64,000 nt of DNA from the human T2T-CHM13v2.0 reference genome, Homo sapiens, in assembly GCF_009914755.1 (NCBI RefSeq), contig NC_060932.1; one strand, 5' to 3'. Positions within the stretch are counted from its first letter, which is position 1. Each line of letters begins with the position of its first letter. A program made the position numbers and the translations under genes. Below are positions 1-16,661 of this stretch, one piece after another. The notes under the pieces are model-generated. The model saw nothing but the letters and a program-made list of their open reading frames with translations, had not been told where the DNA came from and did not search any database.

Positions 1-419
1 AAAAGATTTAAAAGCCTCCTACTGTAGAGGAGGGCTGCCAGGCCTGTGCTACATTCCAATCAGGAAGGGTGCAGGAGCCACTCAATGGAGCCTAATCCTA
101 AACAGCTGGCTAGTACAGTAATTTCACTGAGAAGCTGTAGTTCTTCATTTTGAAAGCCATTTGATCTGGCAACTCAGACAAGTTTTAGGGAAAGGCCCTT
201 GAAATAACATTGATGGCTAATGAAGTGCTTTCTCAAGTTCAAAAGCAAAGCAAAGCTAACAGGCTCTAATTTTTTTTCTGAACAAATCTATACATGTATT
301 TCTCCTTTCCTAATTAATTTTCATGTGCAGCTCATCTCCCAACAAAATGCTAAAGCTGAAGAGTCCTGAATAATATGTTTCCATATACATTCCTTTGATA
401 CTTGTCTCATGTGTACCCA

Positions 420-1260
<841 letters not shown>

Positions 1261-1503
1261 AATAAGAGACAATTAATACAATGCTTCCATCTGGACAAAT
1301 AAGTTGTGTGAGTTGGAGGGTGCTGGGGCATCAGACGGTCATGTAGGGGTCAAAGTTTCCTTCAGCCTCCCAGTGCTGCTTGTCAGTGACCAGGGTCAGC
1401 AGGTGGCCACTGGTGACCAAGGACATGGCAGAGACAGTTCTCTTTCAGTCTCCAGGTGAGTGAGCAGATGAAGTGATGATAAAGTCTCAAAGTCTGATTG
1501 TTA

Positions 1504-1839
<336 letters not shown>

Positions 1840-2304
1840 TTATTCTCTGGTCCTATTTATGAGGTTTCCCCTATACATTCTTAAAACTTCGTTGATACAC
1901 TGATGTGAAATTAATAACCTTAGCAAAGAATAATAAAACACGTTTTTCTTTTTTTTTTCGTATAGCAGAAAAAGAATGCCAGACACAGCTGAAATCTTTC
2001 AGGTTTTATACACTATTTGTAGCTTTAATATATTTGGTTGAAGTATTTGATCTTTTACATTAAAAACATGTTCTTTTTCAGATTCTTTATCCAGCTATGC
2101 CCAGAATATTTGTAGACTCAGAATTTTGAGGCAATATTTTTATTAGATATTTTACAGTGTATTATCATTTTATATTTAATTGTCTCTGGGCATGGTATCT
2201 AGAAAAATGAAGCATGTTATAGGGAAAGTAAGTTATGACTAAATATTAAGTATTTGGAGGAACCAGTAAAGAAGGGTGAGGAAAGAAAATGGTGTCAGTT
2301 TCTT

Positions 2305-2348
2305 TGTGTGTGTGTGTGTGTGTGTGTGTGCATGCACGTGTGTGTGTC
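2305..2348. repeat. (TG)n microsatellite
   Basis: Direct reading of the sequence. Confidence 0.95.
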
Positions 2349-2845
2349 TTAGGAATCATCAGAAGGAAGCAACTATAACATTTCTTTGAGTTAAAATATA
2401 TGTTGACACAAAATAAAGACTTATTTGCAAAGGAGACTCATACCCCATAAAAGTCCAAAGTTTAACATGAGTTAGAGTAAGTGGAGTAATGCATATCCCT
2501 CATGTTGTTTCATTTATGTGACTCAAAACTTTCTCTTTAGCCACTGGTATACTCAGCCCAAATGAGATTACTTCAGAATGGCTGACAAGTCCGCTGGTAG
2601 GAGAAGGGTAAATAAGAACTGTTAACAGTTAGGCAGAGTCAATTAATTCATTTTCCCCACTAGCTATTGGGTGGGATGTTTGCATGGCACTTATATGCAG
2701 AAGGTGTAAAGACTTCTCAGTTTTTGAAAATTATTACATCCAGCTAAAATTTTCTATAGCCTCGCTTTGATGAAGATACTATTGGAAACCTGCTAAATAA
2801 TTTTCTTATTTATATTTAAATAGTACTTGTTGGTAAAAAAAAATC

Positions 2846-3103
2846 GCAGTGGCTCACGCCTGTAATCTCAGCACTTTGGGAGGCTGAGGTAGTTGGATCA
2901 CGAGGTCAGGAGTTCGAGACCAGCCTGACCAACATGGTGAAACCCTGTCTCACTAAAAATGCAAAAATTAGCCGGGCATGGTGGTACGTGCCCGTAATCC
3001 CAGCTATTCAGGAGGCAGAAGTTGCAGTAAGCTAAGATTGTACCACTGCACTCCAGCCTGGGTGACAGTATAAGACTCTGTCTCAAAAAAAAAAAAAAAA
3101 ATA
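2846..3103 (+). mobile_element. AluS (Sg-like) with internal right-arm deletion
   Basis: ggatcacgaggtcaggagttcgag; jumps from cagctattcaggagg directly to cagaagttgcag; poly-A tail. Confidence 0.92.
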
Positions 3104-4024
3104 ACAAAGAGGAAATTTGTTTTTTTCTTTCTGATTTCCAAATGTTTATAGTTTTAAAAGGTGACAATTCGCCTTATCTATCTTCCACTGGAGGATTAAA
3201 GGAAGAGTTTTATTGATTTGTTTTAAGGACATCTAGTTTAGTTTTTTTTCATTAAATATTAATAATTTGCCATATTTGATTTCATGAATCATTCACTTCT
3301 GTCAATATTCTATATACGCAAATTAACTTTGTTGAGTTTAATCCCACCTGCATTATCTATATTCCCTGAGACTAATTTTTCTAGGGTCTGTGTATGATTT
3401 ATTATTATTGCTGAATTTATTTTATATTTTTGTGAGGTACAAGGTTGAACTGTGAATGGGGGTAGATAAAATCTTTTTTTTTTTTTTTTGGCAGAATTTT
3501 TTTTAGTCTTCAGGCTCCATGAATAAGCAACTTCCAAACCACATAGTGGTATTGCTTAGTTTAACTTTGCTATTGTCCATAGTAATCTTCAGGAGACATG
3601 TAGAAGGCTGTGCCATGCTTACTGTGGTGGGAAGTTAAGCATAGGTGGCTAATGTTCTCTGCTATTTGGTAATGGGAATGAAAGGAGCTTCAGTGTAATA
3701 TGCTACCAGGCATTTTTTCATGGATGACTCAAATTCTAAATGACTGATCTTTAATGCCACACTTTAGATAATACCAAACTGTTGTAGAAAGATGACAACC
3801 ATTCTAAATCGAGGTTATGGTTAGATTATCCATGTGTATTTGGGGGCCTCTTCAGAGTAGAAGATTGTTTTCAGTACTATTGAGTGCAGATGAGGAGGCG
3901 GGGCTCATGAACTGTGTCTAGTAAGCATTCACTGAGGGCTATTCCATGGCAGAAACTTTGCTGAGCATTGGTAATTACCCATGGGGTAGCACAATCCTTG
4001 CTTTCAATAAATGTGTAGTCTGTA

Positions 4025-4068
4025 TGTACACATATATATATATACACACACACACATATATGTATATA
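4025..4068. repeat. (TA)n/(CA)n compound microsatellite
   Basis: Direct reading of the sequence. Confidence 0.85.
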
Positions 4069-4249
4069 AAATAAGTACCATGCAGTATAGTATGTACTAT
4101 AAAATGCAGGGTACAGTGCAAATATTAAATAGAATGGCTGAAGCAGTTTTTGAGCCTACAAATCTGAAAAATCAGCAAAAATATATATCAATTCCCTAAA
4201 ACTTAGAATGCAACATACAAGTAGGCACAAACATCATCAAATAAAAGCT

Positions 4250-4395
4250 AATGATCATTGTACCAGGCACAGGACTGAGTCATTTCCATGCATTATCTAA
4301 TTCCATGAAAACCAGAGGAGGTAAACAGTATAATTATTTATTATTTATATGTGAGGAAACTGAGGCTTATTGAGATGAAATATCTTGCTCCAGAT
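4250..4395 (-). mobile_element. MIR fragment
   Basis: MIR core gaggaaactgaggct...cttgctccagatc. Confidence 0.65.
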
Positions 4396-5341
4396 CGGTG
4401 CTACTCAAAGTGGTCCCAAAAATGATGCTGGTTAGTGAACTGTCACTAACTGATCCATAATGGTCACTGATCCATAATGAGTTAGTGTTAGAAACATTTG
4501 TGATTGTTGAATTGAATAATAAAAAAAATGCTTGCATTTTGTGTGTCTTTTTAAAAAAGCTTGTGGGAAAATATATATAAAATGTATCATTTTAACAATT
4601 TCTTAGAGTACAATTCAGTGACATTAAGAATGCTTACAATGTTATACAACTATTACCACCTTCTATTTACAGAATATTTTCATTGTCTCAAATAGAAATT
4701 CTCCACCCACTGACTCCCCATTTTCCCTTTTCTTCAGCCACTGGCAACTTCTGATCTACTTTCTTTCTCATGAATTTGCCTATTCTAGGTATTTAATATA
4801 AATGGAGTCATATAATATTTGTCATTTTGCATCTGGCTTATTTCATTTAATGTAATTTTTCAGGGTTCATCCATATTGTTGCATGTCAGAACTTCATTCT
4901 TTTTATTGCCGAATAATACTCCATATAGAGTGCACTTTGGTTATTCATGTATCTGTTGATGGACATGTGATATTTCTACCTTTTGGCTATTGTGAATAAT
5001 CCCATTAGGAACACTGGCATACAAGTAACTGCTTGAGTCCTTGTTTACAATTTTGTTGGGTATGTATCAAGGAGTGGATTATTGGCTTATACAGTAATTC
5101 TATATTTAACAGTTTTAGAAACCAGCAAATTGTCTTCCACAGTGGCCACACAATTTTGCATTACTACCAGCAGTATACAAAGGTTCCAAGTTCTCCACAT
5201 CCTCACCAACACTAGTTCTTTCTATGGTTTTTATTATAACCATACATGTTGGTATGAAGTGATACCTCATTGTGGTTTTGATTTTCATTTCCCTAATGAC
5301 TAACGATTTTGAGCATCCTTCAATGTGCTCCTTAGCCATTT

Positions 5342-5637
5342 TTTTTTTTTTTTTTGAGAAGGAGTCTCGCTGTCGCCCAGGCTGGAGTGCAGTGGCGACA
5401 TATCGGCTCACTGAAGGCTCCGCCCCCCCGGGTTCATGCCATTCTCCTGCCTCAGCCTCCCGAGTAGCTGGGACTACAGGAGCCCGCCACCTCGCCTGGC
5501 TAATTTTTTGTATTTTTTTAGTAGAGACGGGATTTCAGCTTATTAGCCAGGATGGTCTCGATCTCCTGACCTCGTGATCTGCCCGCCTCGGCCTCCCAAA
5601 GTGCTGGGATTACAGGCGTGAGCCACCGCGCCCGGCC
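5342..5637 (-). mobile_element. AluY, Ye5-like
   Basis: Reverse complement has ggggggcggagcc, gacagcgagact and gcgaggtggcggg diagnostics; TSD gctccttagccattt at 5327-5341 / 5638-5652. Confidence 0.92.
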
Positions 5638-8093
5638 GCTCCTTAGCCATTTGTATCAAGTTATTTGCCATTTTTTACTTTTTTTGTATTTTGTGGTTGA
5701 CTTACAGTTCATATGTATTTTGGATATTAACCCCTTATCAGATATGTGACATGCAATTATTTTCTCCCATTGTGTGGATTGTACTTCACTATCTTTATAG
5801 TGTCTTTCCATAGATAAAATTTTTTAATTTTGATGAAATTTAATTTATCTTTTTTGTTGTTGTTGCCTGTTTTTAATATCATATTTTAAAAACATTGCTA
5901 AATCCATGATCATGACGATTTGCCCCAGTTTTCTTCTGAGTTAATAATTTGTGCTCTCAAATATAGGTCTCTGATCCATATTGAATTAGTATCTGTGTAT
6001 GGTATAAGGTAAGAGTCCAACTTTATTTTCTTGCGTGTAAAGATTCAGTTGTCTCAGCACCATTTGTTGAAAAGACTGTTCTGTAGGATCTTGGCATCAT
6101 TGTCACAAATCAATTGGCCATGGATTTGAGGGTTTATTTCTGGGCCCTCAATTCTATTCCATTGGTTTATGGGTCCATCCCTATGCCAGTACCACATTGC
6201 TTTTTTAAGTTATAGCTTTATATTAAGTTTTGAAATCAGAAAATTTGAGACCTCCTATTTTGTTCTATTACAAAATTGTTTTAGCTGTTCAGGGTCCCTT
6301 GAAATTCTATATAAATTTTAGAATGGGTTTCTTTATTTCTACCAAAAATGCTGTTGGAATTTAGATAGGGATTGCATTAAATCTGTCAATTATTTGAGTA
6401 ATATTGTCATCTTCACATTATTAAGCTGTAGGAGTTTATATATATTCTGGATATTAACCCCTTTTCAGATATATGAACAAAATCATGATATATGATTCTG
6501 ATTCATGAATCAGGTTTCAGTCTTCCAATTATTTAAGCCTTCTTTAATATCTTTCAACAATGGTTTATAGTTTTCAGTATACAAGTCTTATGCCTCCTTT
6601 GTTAAATGTATTCCTAAGTATTTTATTTTTATTAGGTTATTGTGAGTGCAATCATTTTTTATCTCCATTCAATTTATTGTATATAGGAATCCGACTAAAT
6701 TAGTTGTGTAATAATTTAATATCTTGAAATTTTATGTGTTCATGTATTGGTTTTGACAGCTTTGTGTGTATGTATGTACATATGTGTGTATTCTTTACAG
6801 TTTTTTACATATAAGATTGACTTCCAATTTGGATATTTTTACTTCTCTTTCCTGCATATTTGCTCTGACTGCAAATATTATTTGAGAAAAATCCCAATTG
6901 GTCATAGTGTATAATCCTTTCAATAATCTGTGAATTCAGTTTATTATTTTGAGGACTTTTGCATCTATATTCATAGGAATAATGGTCTGTAGTTTTCTTT
7001 TCTTGTTAAGGCTTTGTCTGTATTAGGATAGTGCTATTTTCACAGAAGGAGTTAGGATGTGTTTCCTCCTCTTCTATTTTTGGAAACGTTTGAGGATTGG
7101 TGTTAACTCTTCTTTAATTGTTTGGTACAATTCACCAATAAAACCTTCTGGTCTTGAGTTTTTCTTTGTTAAGAGGTTTTTGGTCATTGATTAAATCTCT
7201 TTATTTACTTTAGGTCTATTCATATACCCTATTCTTCCTGAGTAGGTTATGGTGGTTTATGGTTCGTTTCTACCTTAATTTATTTCTCATTTCCATTGTG
7301 ATTTCTTCTCTGATCTAATGTTAAGAGTGTGTTTTTTAAATTTCCACATATTTGTGAGTTTTTCAAAAGTTTTCTTTCTGTTATTGATGGTAGTTTCATT
7401 GCACAGCAGTCAGAAAAAAACTTTGTATGATTTCAATCTTTTTAAATTTATTTAGTTGTTTTGTGGACTAACATACGATCTATCTTAAAGAATGTTCCAT
7501 GTGCATTTGAGAAAAACGTATACTCTGCTACTGTTGAGTGAAGTGCTCTCCCGAGTTTTAGATACAATTGGTCTATGTGTTGTTTAAGTCCTGTACCCTT
7601 ATTAATCTTCTGTCTGGTTATCCTATTCACTATTGAAAATGGAGTAATGAAGTCTCCAGATATTATTGTAAAACTATCCCTTCAATTTTGTCAATTTTCA
7701 ATTCTTATGTTTAGGGGGTGTTGTCATTAGATGCGTATGTAATTGTTATATTTTCTTGAGGTAGGGCACTTTTTATCAATATATAATGTCTTTATTTGAC
7801 TCTTGTAAACTTTTTGATTTGAATTCTATTTTGTATGATAGTAATTTAGCCACCCAACTCTCTTTTGGATGCAATTTGCATGAAATATATTTGTCCATTG
7901 TTTTCATTCAAAATTTTCATGTTTTTGTATTTGAAATGACTCTTTTGCAAACAATATGTAGATGGATCTTTTTTTTGATCATTCTGCCAATTTCTGCCTC
8001 ATAAGTAGCAAAACTTGTAGAACCTAGTTTTAATAATAAATCAATTTATAACCAACTTAGTTTCAATAGTATAGAAACATTCTTCTTCTATCC

Positions 8094-8100
8094 ATTTTTT

Positions 8101-8198
<98 letters not shown>

Positions 8199-8199
8199 T

Positions 8200-8216
<17 letters not shown>
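8094..8216. repeat. (TTTC)n/(TC)n polypyrimidine tract derived from an Alu tail
   Basis: About 120 bp of C/T only, contiguous with the minus-strand Alu. Confidence 0.95.
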
Positions 8217-8492
<276 letters not shown>

Positions 8493-8789
8493 CCATCTCC
8501 TTTCCTCCCCTCTATATTGTTATTGTCACAGATTATGTCGTTATATATTGGCTACTCATTAACATGGATTTATAATTATTGTTTTATGCATTTGCACTTT
8601 AAATCATATAGGAAAAAAGTGCAAACCAAAAGTGCAATAATAGTGGCTCTTATATGTGGTTACTTTTACCGGTGTTCTTTATTTCCTCTAATGGCTTTGA
8701 GTTCCTGCTGGTGTTCTTTCATTTCAGCCTGAAGAACTCCTGTTAGCATTTCTTGTAGGGAAAATCTGCTGGCCTGTTTAGCCAGCCTG

Positions 8790-9100
8790 ACAGAGAAGAA
8801 TGGGCTGTTCCACAAACCATTTCCTTTTCCTCCCGGCCACTCAGCTAGATTCCCCTTGCCAGCCTCTTTTGCATGTGTTAGATAAAATAGTAGAATGTTA
8901 GTGGTATATGCATGGCCAATCAGACCTCCCACATGATTCTTGATCTCTGCTGCATGGAGGCTGAGGATGATCTTGGCAGCCACACGTGGAAGATAGAAGA
9001 ATCTCTGCCAGTCTGAGTCACTGGATAGCTTCATGGGAACTGGACATTTTCTAACTGCCCCTCCCCATATAATCCTTATTGGATGTTATTTTGTTAACAT
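8790..9100. mobile_element. MaLR (MLT1-like) LTR fragment
   Basis: MLT1-like segments ttccccttgccagcctctttt and gaatctctgccagtctgagtcactgg. Confidence 0.45.
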
Positions 9101-10474
9101 TTGTTGACACTTAAATTTTTATTGTTATATTTTTGAGTTCTGGGAGTTTTCATTATAGCAGGTAGCATTACCTTTACTATTCATACAGCCATTTCACTCA
9201 TTTATTCAATGGCTCATGTTTTTCCTGATTTCCAATTTCAGAGCTTCGAACATATAGCCTTATGTGACTTCTCTGAACTTCCTAACCCTTATCCAGGCTT
9301 TTGTCAAATTCAACTGATTTCCCAGCATGAAATTGTTCTTTTTCAATGGCTATCATTTAAGTCTACCAATAAATATTAAGTCACTCAGTAAATATGTAAG
9401 CATTTGCATGTTACTCCAGGTTTTGTGCAGAGGTTATACGGATTAAGTATGAAAGACATGCTTTCAAGCTAGAAGCTGCTGAGCCCACAACAGTGTTTTA
9501 ACTAAACTTTCTCTTCTGGGTCATCCAGGCCATTATATGCACCTTTCCAAATAAATCTTTCTTATATTCTTTATTTTGTATGTTCCTATCACTCATCAGA
9601 TACAACCCAAGTCTCCTGGCTTAAGGCCAAGCCCCTCCCCATATTTATTAATCATACATTTTCTCCCAGACTCCATCACAATACTTTGAAATTCTTCATG
9701 ACACTCTCCTTCTAGTTTTGACAGGAAAGAGCAGGAGTCACTATACTTATATTAGACAAAGTAGATTTCAAGACAAAAACTATAAGAAGAGATAAAGAAG
9801 GTCACTGTATAATAATAAAGGGGTCAATTCAGCAAGAAGATATAACAATTTTAAATATACCTGCACCCAATACAGGAGCACCAGATATATAAAAAAGATA
9901 TTATTAGAGATAACAGCAGAGATAGGTCCCAATACCATAATAGCTGGAGACTTCGACACCCTACTTTCAGCATTGGACAGATCTTCCAAACAGAAAATCA
10001 ACAAAGAAACTTCAGATTTAATCTGCACTATAGATCAAATGGATCTAACAGATATTTATAGAACATTTCATTCAAGAGCTGCAAAATATGCATTCTTTTC
10101 CTCAATGCATGGATCATTCTCAAGGATAGACCATATATTAGGTCACATAAAAAGTTTTAAAACATTAAAAAAATATAAATAATATCAAGCATCTTCTCTG
10201 ACCACAGTGGAATAAAACTGGAAATTAATAACGAGGAATTTTGGAACCTGTACACATACATGGAAATTAAACAATATGCTCTAATGACCAGTGGGTCAGT
10301 GAAAAAATTAAGAAGGAAATTGAAAAATTTATTGAAACAAATGATAATGGAAACACAACATACCAAAACTTACGGGATACAGCAAAAGCAGTATTAAGTA
10401 GAAAGTTTATAGCTGTAAGTGCCAACATCACAAAACTGGAAAAACTTCAATTAAATAATCTAACAATGCATCTT

Positions 10475-11359
10475 TTAAAAAAATTTTCAATAGGTTTTGG
10501 GGGAACAGGTGGTGCTTGGTTATACCTAATGAGTTCTTTAGTGGTGATTTCTGAGATTTTGGTGCACCCATCACCCATCACACTATACACTATATGCAGT
10601 GTGTAGTCTTTTATCCCTCACCCACTCCCGCTCTTTCCCCCAGGTCCCCAAAGTTCTTTGTATCATTCTTATGCCTTTGCATCCTCATAGCTTAGCTCCC
10701 ACATATCAGTGAGAACATACAATGTTTGGTTTTCCGTTTCTGAGTTACTTCACTTAGAATAATGGTCTCCAGTCCCATCCAGGTCACTGAAAATACCATT
10801 ATTTCATTCATTTTTATGACTGAGTAGTATTCCATTTTATATATACACACATATATGTATATATACATATACATATATATATATCACAATTTATTTATTC
10901 ACTCTCTGATTGATGGGCCTTTTGGCTGTTTCCATATTTTTGCAGTTGTGAATTGTGCTACTATAAACATGCGTGCACAAGTATCTTTTTCATATAATGA
11001 CTTCTTCTACCTCACCCAGTAGTGGATTGCTGGATCAAATGGTAGTTCTACTTTTAGTTGTTTAAGGAATCTCTACACTGTTTTCCATAGTGGCTGTACT
11101 AGTTTACATTCCCACCAGCGGTGTAAACGTTTTCCCTGATCACCACATCCATGTCAATATCTATTATTTTTTGATTTTTTGATTATGGCCATTCTTGCAG
11201 CAGTAAGGTGGTATCAAATTGTGGTTTTGTTTTGCATTTCCCTGATCATTAGTGATGTTGAGCATTTTTTCATATGTTTATTGGCCATTTGTATATTTTC
11301 TTTTGAGAATTCATGTCCTTAGCCCACTTTTTGATGAGATTCTTTGTTTTCTTGCTGAT
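10475..11359 (-). mobile_element. L1PB-type 3' fragment nested antisense inside the older L1
   Basis: Reverse 3'UTR (gttctttagtggtgatttctgagattttggtgcacccatcacc); 16-bp TSD tctaacaatgcatctt at 10459-10474 / 11360-11375. Confidence 0.9.
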
Positions 11360-14125
11360 TCTAACAATGCATCTTAAGGAACTAGGAAAGTGAGAGCAAA
11401 TTAAACCCAGAATTAGAGAGAATAAAATAAATAATAAAGATCAGAGCAGAAATAAATGAAATTAAAATGAAGAAAACAATACAAAAGATCAATGAAACAA
11501 AAAGTTGGTTTTTTGAAAAGTTAAACAAAATTGAAAAATGTTTAGTCAGACTAAGAAAAAAGAGAGAGCAGATCCAAATAAATAAAATCAAAAATGAAAA
11601 AGCAGACATTATAACTGATACGGCCAACATTTAAAGGATCTTTAGTGGCTACTATGAGAAACTATATGCCAATAACTTTGGAAATCTAGAAGAAATGGCC
11701 AAATTCCTAGACACATACAACCTTCCAAGACTGAACCAGGAAGAAATCCAAACTCAACACAGACCAATCACAAGTAATGAGATTGAAGCCAGAATAAAAA
11801 GTCTTCCAGTAAAGAAAAGTCTAGGACCCGATGCCTTCACTGCTGAATTCTACCAAACATTTAAGAACTAATACCGATCCTACTTAAACTACTTCAAATA
11901 CCAGGGGGAGGGAGCACTTCCAAACTTATTCTACAAGGCCAGTATTACCCTGATACCAAAACCAGACAAAGACACATCAAAACAAAAACAAAAACAAACA
12001 AGAAAAACTACAGGCCAATATCTCCAATGAATACTGATGCAAAAATCCTCAACTAGCAAAAATACTAAGAAACTGAATTCAACAATACATTAAAAAGATC
12101 ATTCATCATGACCAAGTGGGATTTATTCCTGGGATGCAAGGATGGTTCAACCTATGCAAATCAATCAATGTGATACAATCAACAGAATGAAGGATAAAAA
12201 CCATATGACCATTTCAGTTGACACCGAAAAGGCATTTGATAAAATTCAACATCCCTTTATGATAAAAATCCTCAAAAAACTGGGCATAATAGGAACATAC
12301 CTCAACATAATAAAAGTCATATACAACAGACCCACAGTTAATAACTTACTGAATGGGAAAAACTGAACACCTTTCCTTTGAGACATGGAACATGTCATAG
12401 ATGTCCACTGTCACCACTGTTATTCAACATAGTATTGCAAGTCCTAACTAGAGCAATCAGACAAAAGAAAGATATAAAGGACATCCAAATAGAAAAGGAA
12501 GAAGTCAAATTATCCTTGTTTGCTGATGATATGATCTTTTATTTGGAAAAAAAAACCTAGACTCCACAAGAAATTAGAACTGATAAGCAAATTCAGCAAA
12601 GTTGCAGGATACAAAATCAACATACAAAAATCAATAGCATTTTTGTATGACAACAGTGAATAATGTGGAAAAAGAAATTAAAAAGTAATCCTATTTACAA
12701 TAGGCACATGTAAAATTAAATACCTGGGAATTAATTCAGTCAAAGAAATGAAAGATCTCTATAATGAAAACTATAATAACTGATAAAGGAAATTGAAGAG
12801 GACACCAAAAAATGGAAAAATTCATGAATTGGAAGAATCAATATTGTTTAAACATCCATAATACCCAAAACAATCTACAGATCAAATGCAATCCCTATCA
12901 AAATGCCAATGAAATTCTTCACAGAAATTTTTTAAAATCCTAAAATTTAAATGTAACCACAAAGGACCCAGAATAGCCGAAGCTGTCCTAAGCAAAAAGA
13001 ACAAAACTGGAGGAATCACATCACCTGATTTCAAATTATACTATACAGCAATATTAACCAAAACAGCATCGTGCTGCCATAAAAACAGACACATAGGCCA
13101 ATGTAACAAAATAGAGAACCTGGAAACAAATCCACATAGCTACAGTGAACTCATTTTTTAAAAAGGTGCCAAGAACATACTATGGAGAAAAAATAGCCTC
13201 TTCAATAAATGGTGCTGGGAAAGTTGGATATCCATATACAAAAGAATGAAACTAGAACCCCATCTCTCGCCATAATCAAATCAAAAGAGATTAAAAGCTT
13301 AAATCTAAGGCCTCAAACTATGAAACTACTACAAGGTAACATTAGGGAAAATCCCCAGGACATTGGTCTGGGCAAAGATTTGTTGAGCAATACCCCACAA
13401 GCACCAAAGCAACCAAAGCAAACATGGACAAATGGGATCACATCAAGTTAAAAAGCTTCTGCACAGTGAAGGATAAAATCAACAAAAGGGAGAGACAACC
13501 CACAGAATGGGAGAAAATGTTTGCAAACCAAGCTGTTGACAAGGGAATAATAAGCAGAATATATAAGAAGCTCAAACAACTCTACAGAAGAAACCTAATA
13601 AACCAAACAAAAAAATGTGCAAAATATTTGAAGAGACATTTCTCAAAGGAAGACATACAAATGGCAAAGAGGCAAATGAAAAGCTGCTGAACATCATTGA
13701 TCATCAGAGAAATGCAAATTAAAACTAAAATGAGGTATCATCTCACTCCAGTTAAAATGGATTATATCCAAAAGACAGGCAATAACACATGCTGGCAAGG
13801 ATGTGGAGCAAAGGGAACCCTCATACACAGTTGGTGGGAATACAAATTAGCATAACCACTATAGAGAACAGTTTGGAGGTTCCTAAAAAAACTGAAAATA
13901 GAGCTACCATATGACCCAGTGATCCCACTGCTGGGAATACCCCCAAAAGAAAGGAAATAAATATATTTAAGAAATATGTGCACTCCTATGTTTGTTGCAG
14001 CACTGTTTACCATAGCTAAGATTCGGTAGACACCTAAGTGCCCATCAACAGATGAATGGATAAAGAAAATGTGGTACTTATACACAATGGAGTGCTATTC
14101 AGCCATAAAAAAGAATGAGATCCAG

Positions 14126-14434
<309 letters not shown>

Positions 14435-15739
14435 TCATTTGTAACAACATGGATGGAACTGGAGATCATTATGTTAAGTGAAATTAGCCAGGCACAAGAA
14501 CATTGCATGTTCTCACTTATTTGTGGGATCTATAAATCAAATAAACTGAACTCATGAACATAGAGAGTAGCAAGAAATTACCAGAGGCTGGGAAGGGTAG
14601 TAGAGGACTAAGGGAGAGGTGGGGATGGTTAATGGATACATAAAAAATAGAAAGAATGAGTAAGACTTACTATATGATAGCACAATGGGTGACTATAGTC
14701 AACAATAACTCAATTGTATATTTTTAAATAATTTCAAGAAGGTAATTAAATTGTTTGTAACTCAAAGGACAAAGGCTTGAGGAAATGGATACCCCATTCT
14801 TCACATTATATCCCTGTATCAGAACATCTTATGTACCCCATAAATATATACGTCTACTATGTGCCCACAAAACATTTTAAAAATAATTTAAAAATTTTTT
14901 AAAGAAAATAATTGTGAATAAATTTCACAATTACAATAATGATACTACCATTTAAAAATGTACAATACAGTTCTTTCACTGATCTCTTGGCTCATCATTT
15001 AAATAATTTTAATGATACAGTACTTCTTGAAACTCTAAAGGTACAAATGGGACATGCCCTATGCTCCCTACAAGTATGCAAGGTCAACTGTAAATGACAA
15101 AGAGGTAGCAAGAGTGTCAGCATCAGTGCACATAAATTCATATATCAAAGTATATTTTTCTTTCTTGTCTCTTAATTGATGCACTTAATGAACTCTTATG
15201 GACACTGCCCATTGCATAAAGTCAAAGATGGCTGGTTAGGTGATAATAAGTGTAAGCTATTATGTGAAGTTCAAAGGAAGTTGTATTGCACTGAAAGTGT
15301 TCCTCTGTGAAATCTATATTTTTATTTTATGTTTAGGAAAATTAAAAAGAAAAAAATGCACCACAGGAATCATTGTCATGACATGCTTTTCATATTCTTT
15401 TAAAAAACAATCCATCTGTTTTGGCTTCCAGAAAATCTGCCAAGAAATAAAGATGTTGTAATTAACTGTAATGAATATGTTAACAGGAAATATCCACTAA
15501 GCTAACACATCATCTTGTCATGCCCTAATGTAATGTACTCCTGGCATTAATGAGAAAGCATTCAAGGAAGGCAGATAAGCTTGAATGCACTTTTAACTGG
15601 TCATGCAGCAGTTTTTAACTGCTTGAATTTTGAGACCTTCTTTAAACTTAGACCAAAAGTGTTCTAAGGACTGTTGTTTGGCAGCTGCATTCCTGTAGCA
15701 TACTATTGATAAAATAGACCAAAAAACATAGGATATTCT

Positions 15740-15950
15740 GTCCAGGGGATCTCAGTATTTGAATACTGGCTCGATTACCTACTAGTTATATGATAGGGTA
15801 AGTTATTTAAACTTTCTGAGGTTTAATGACCTCATTTGAACCATAGGGAAAGTAAAAGTTGTCTTAGAGGGTTTTGTGAAGATTACAAGCAATTAGTGTA
15901 TGTGAAATGAAGACTCATTAGATCTATTCAGTAAATATTACTTTCCTTTT
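15740..15950 (+). mobile_element. MIR fragment
   Basis: tttgaatactggctc...gtaagttatttaaactttctgag...gttttgtgaagatt. Confidence 0.65.
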
Positions 15951-16661
15951 TCTATATAAGACTATTTATGCATATTTAACCATAGCACCAAATCAACACT
16001 CGGCGCAACTTAATATTTTTTTGACAGTATGGAGTTGAAAGGGACTATAGGGCTCTTCTTCCTGGGCAGCTCAGTGGTTCTGCTGTGCTCCCATATAAAC
16101 AAATGACAATCTAAAAATTACACTAGGGACAATTATCTCTAACTATGTTGGGTTTACTCAGAAGTAAAAATAAGGATTATAATCTGAAATGCACGAAATG
16201 GCAAGCCACCAGTCCATTCAGTGAGAGGGTTGTATGGGGACCTTTCACCAGCTAAAAAGAGATTTACTAAGCTGCTTAGAATCAGAGTCCATTGGTTCCA
16301 GAGGTTCAAAGCCAGACTGGTTGTCAGTTCATTGGCGGAGATGCCCTTACTGGGCAAGTGTTCTAAGAAAATCTTATCTGAATACTGCAGTTCTAATGTC
16401 TAGTGATAAAGCTTATCCAAACAAAATATGCATGAAGGACATGAAAGAGTTTTTAGAAAGTCCTTGGTTCACATTTCAGACACATAAACATGAGTCTTCC
16501 CTCTTTTGGGCCTTCCCAGACCTATATTTTCTGGATCTGATGAAAGGGATTCCATCCTGGTATATGCAACTTTCACGCAGACGTTAGAAACCAATACAGT
16601 GCAGGTGTTATGAGCCTTTGTTACCACTGAGGGCAGCATGTGGATCCCACAGGTAGGGCAC

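Noticed and set aside
16154-16587. Cluster of overlapping ORFs in unique DNA
   Set aside because: No recognisable domain and no consistent splice-site pair.
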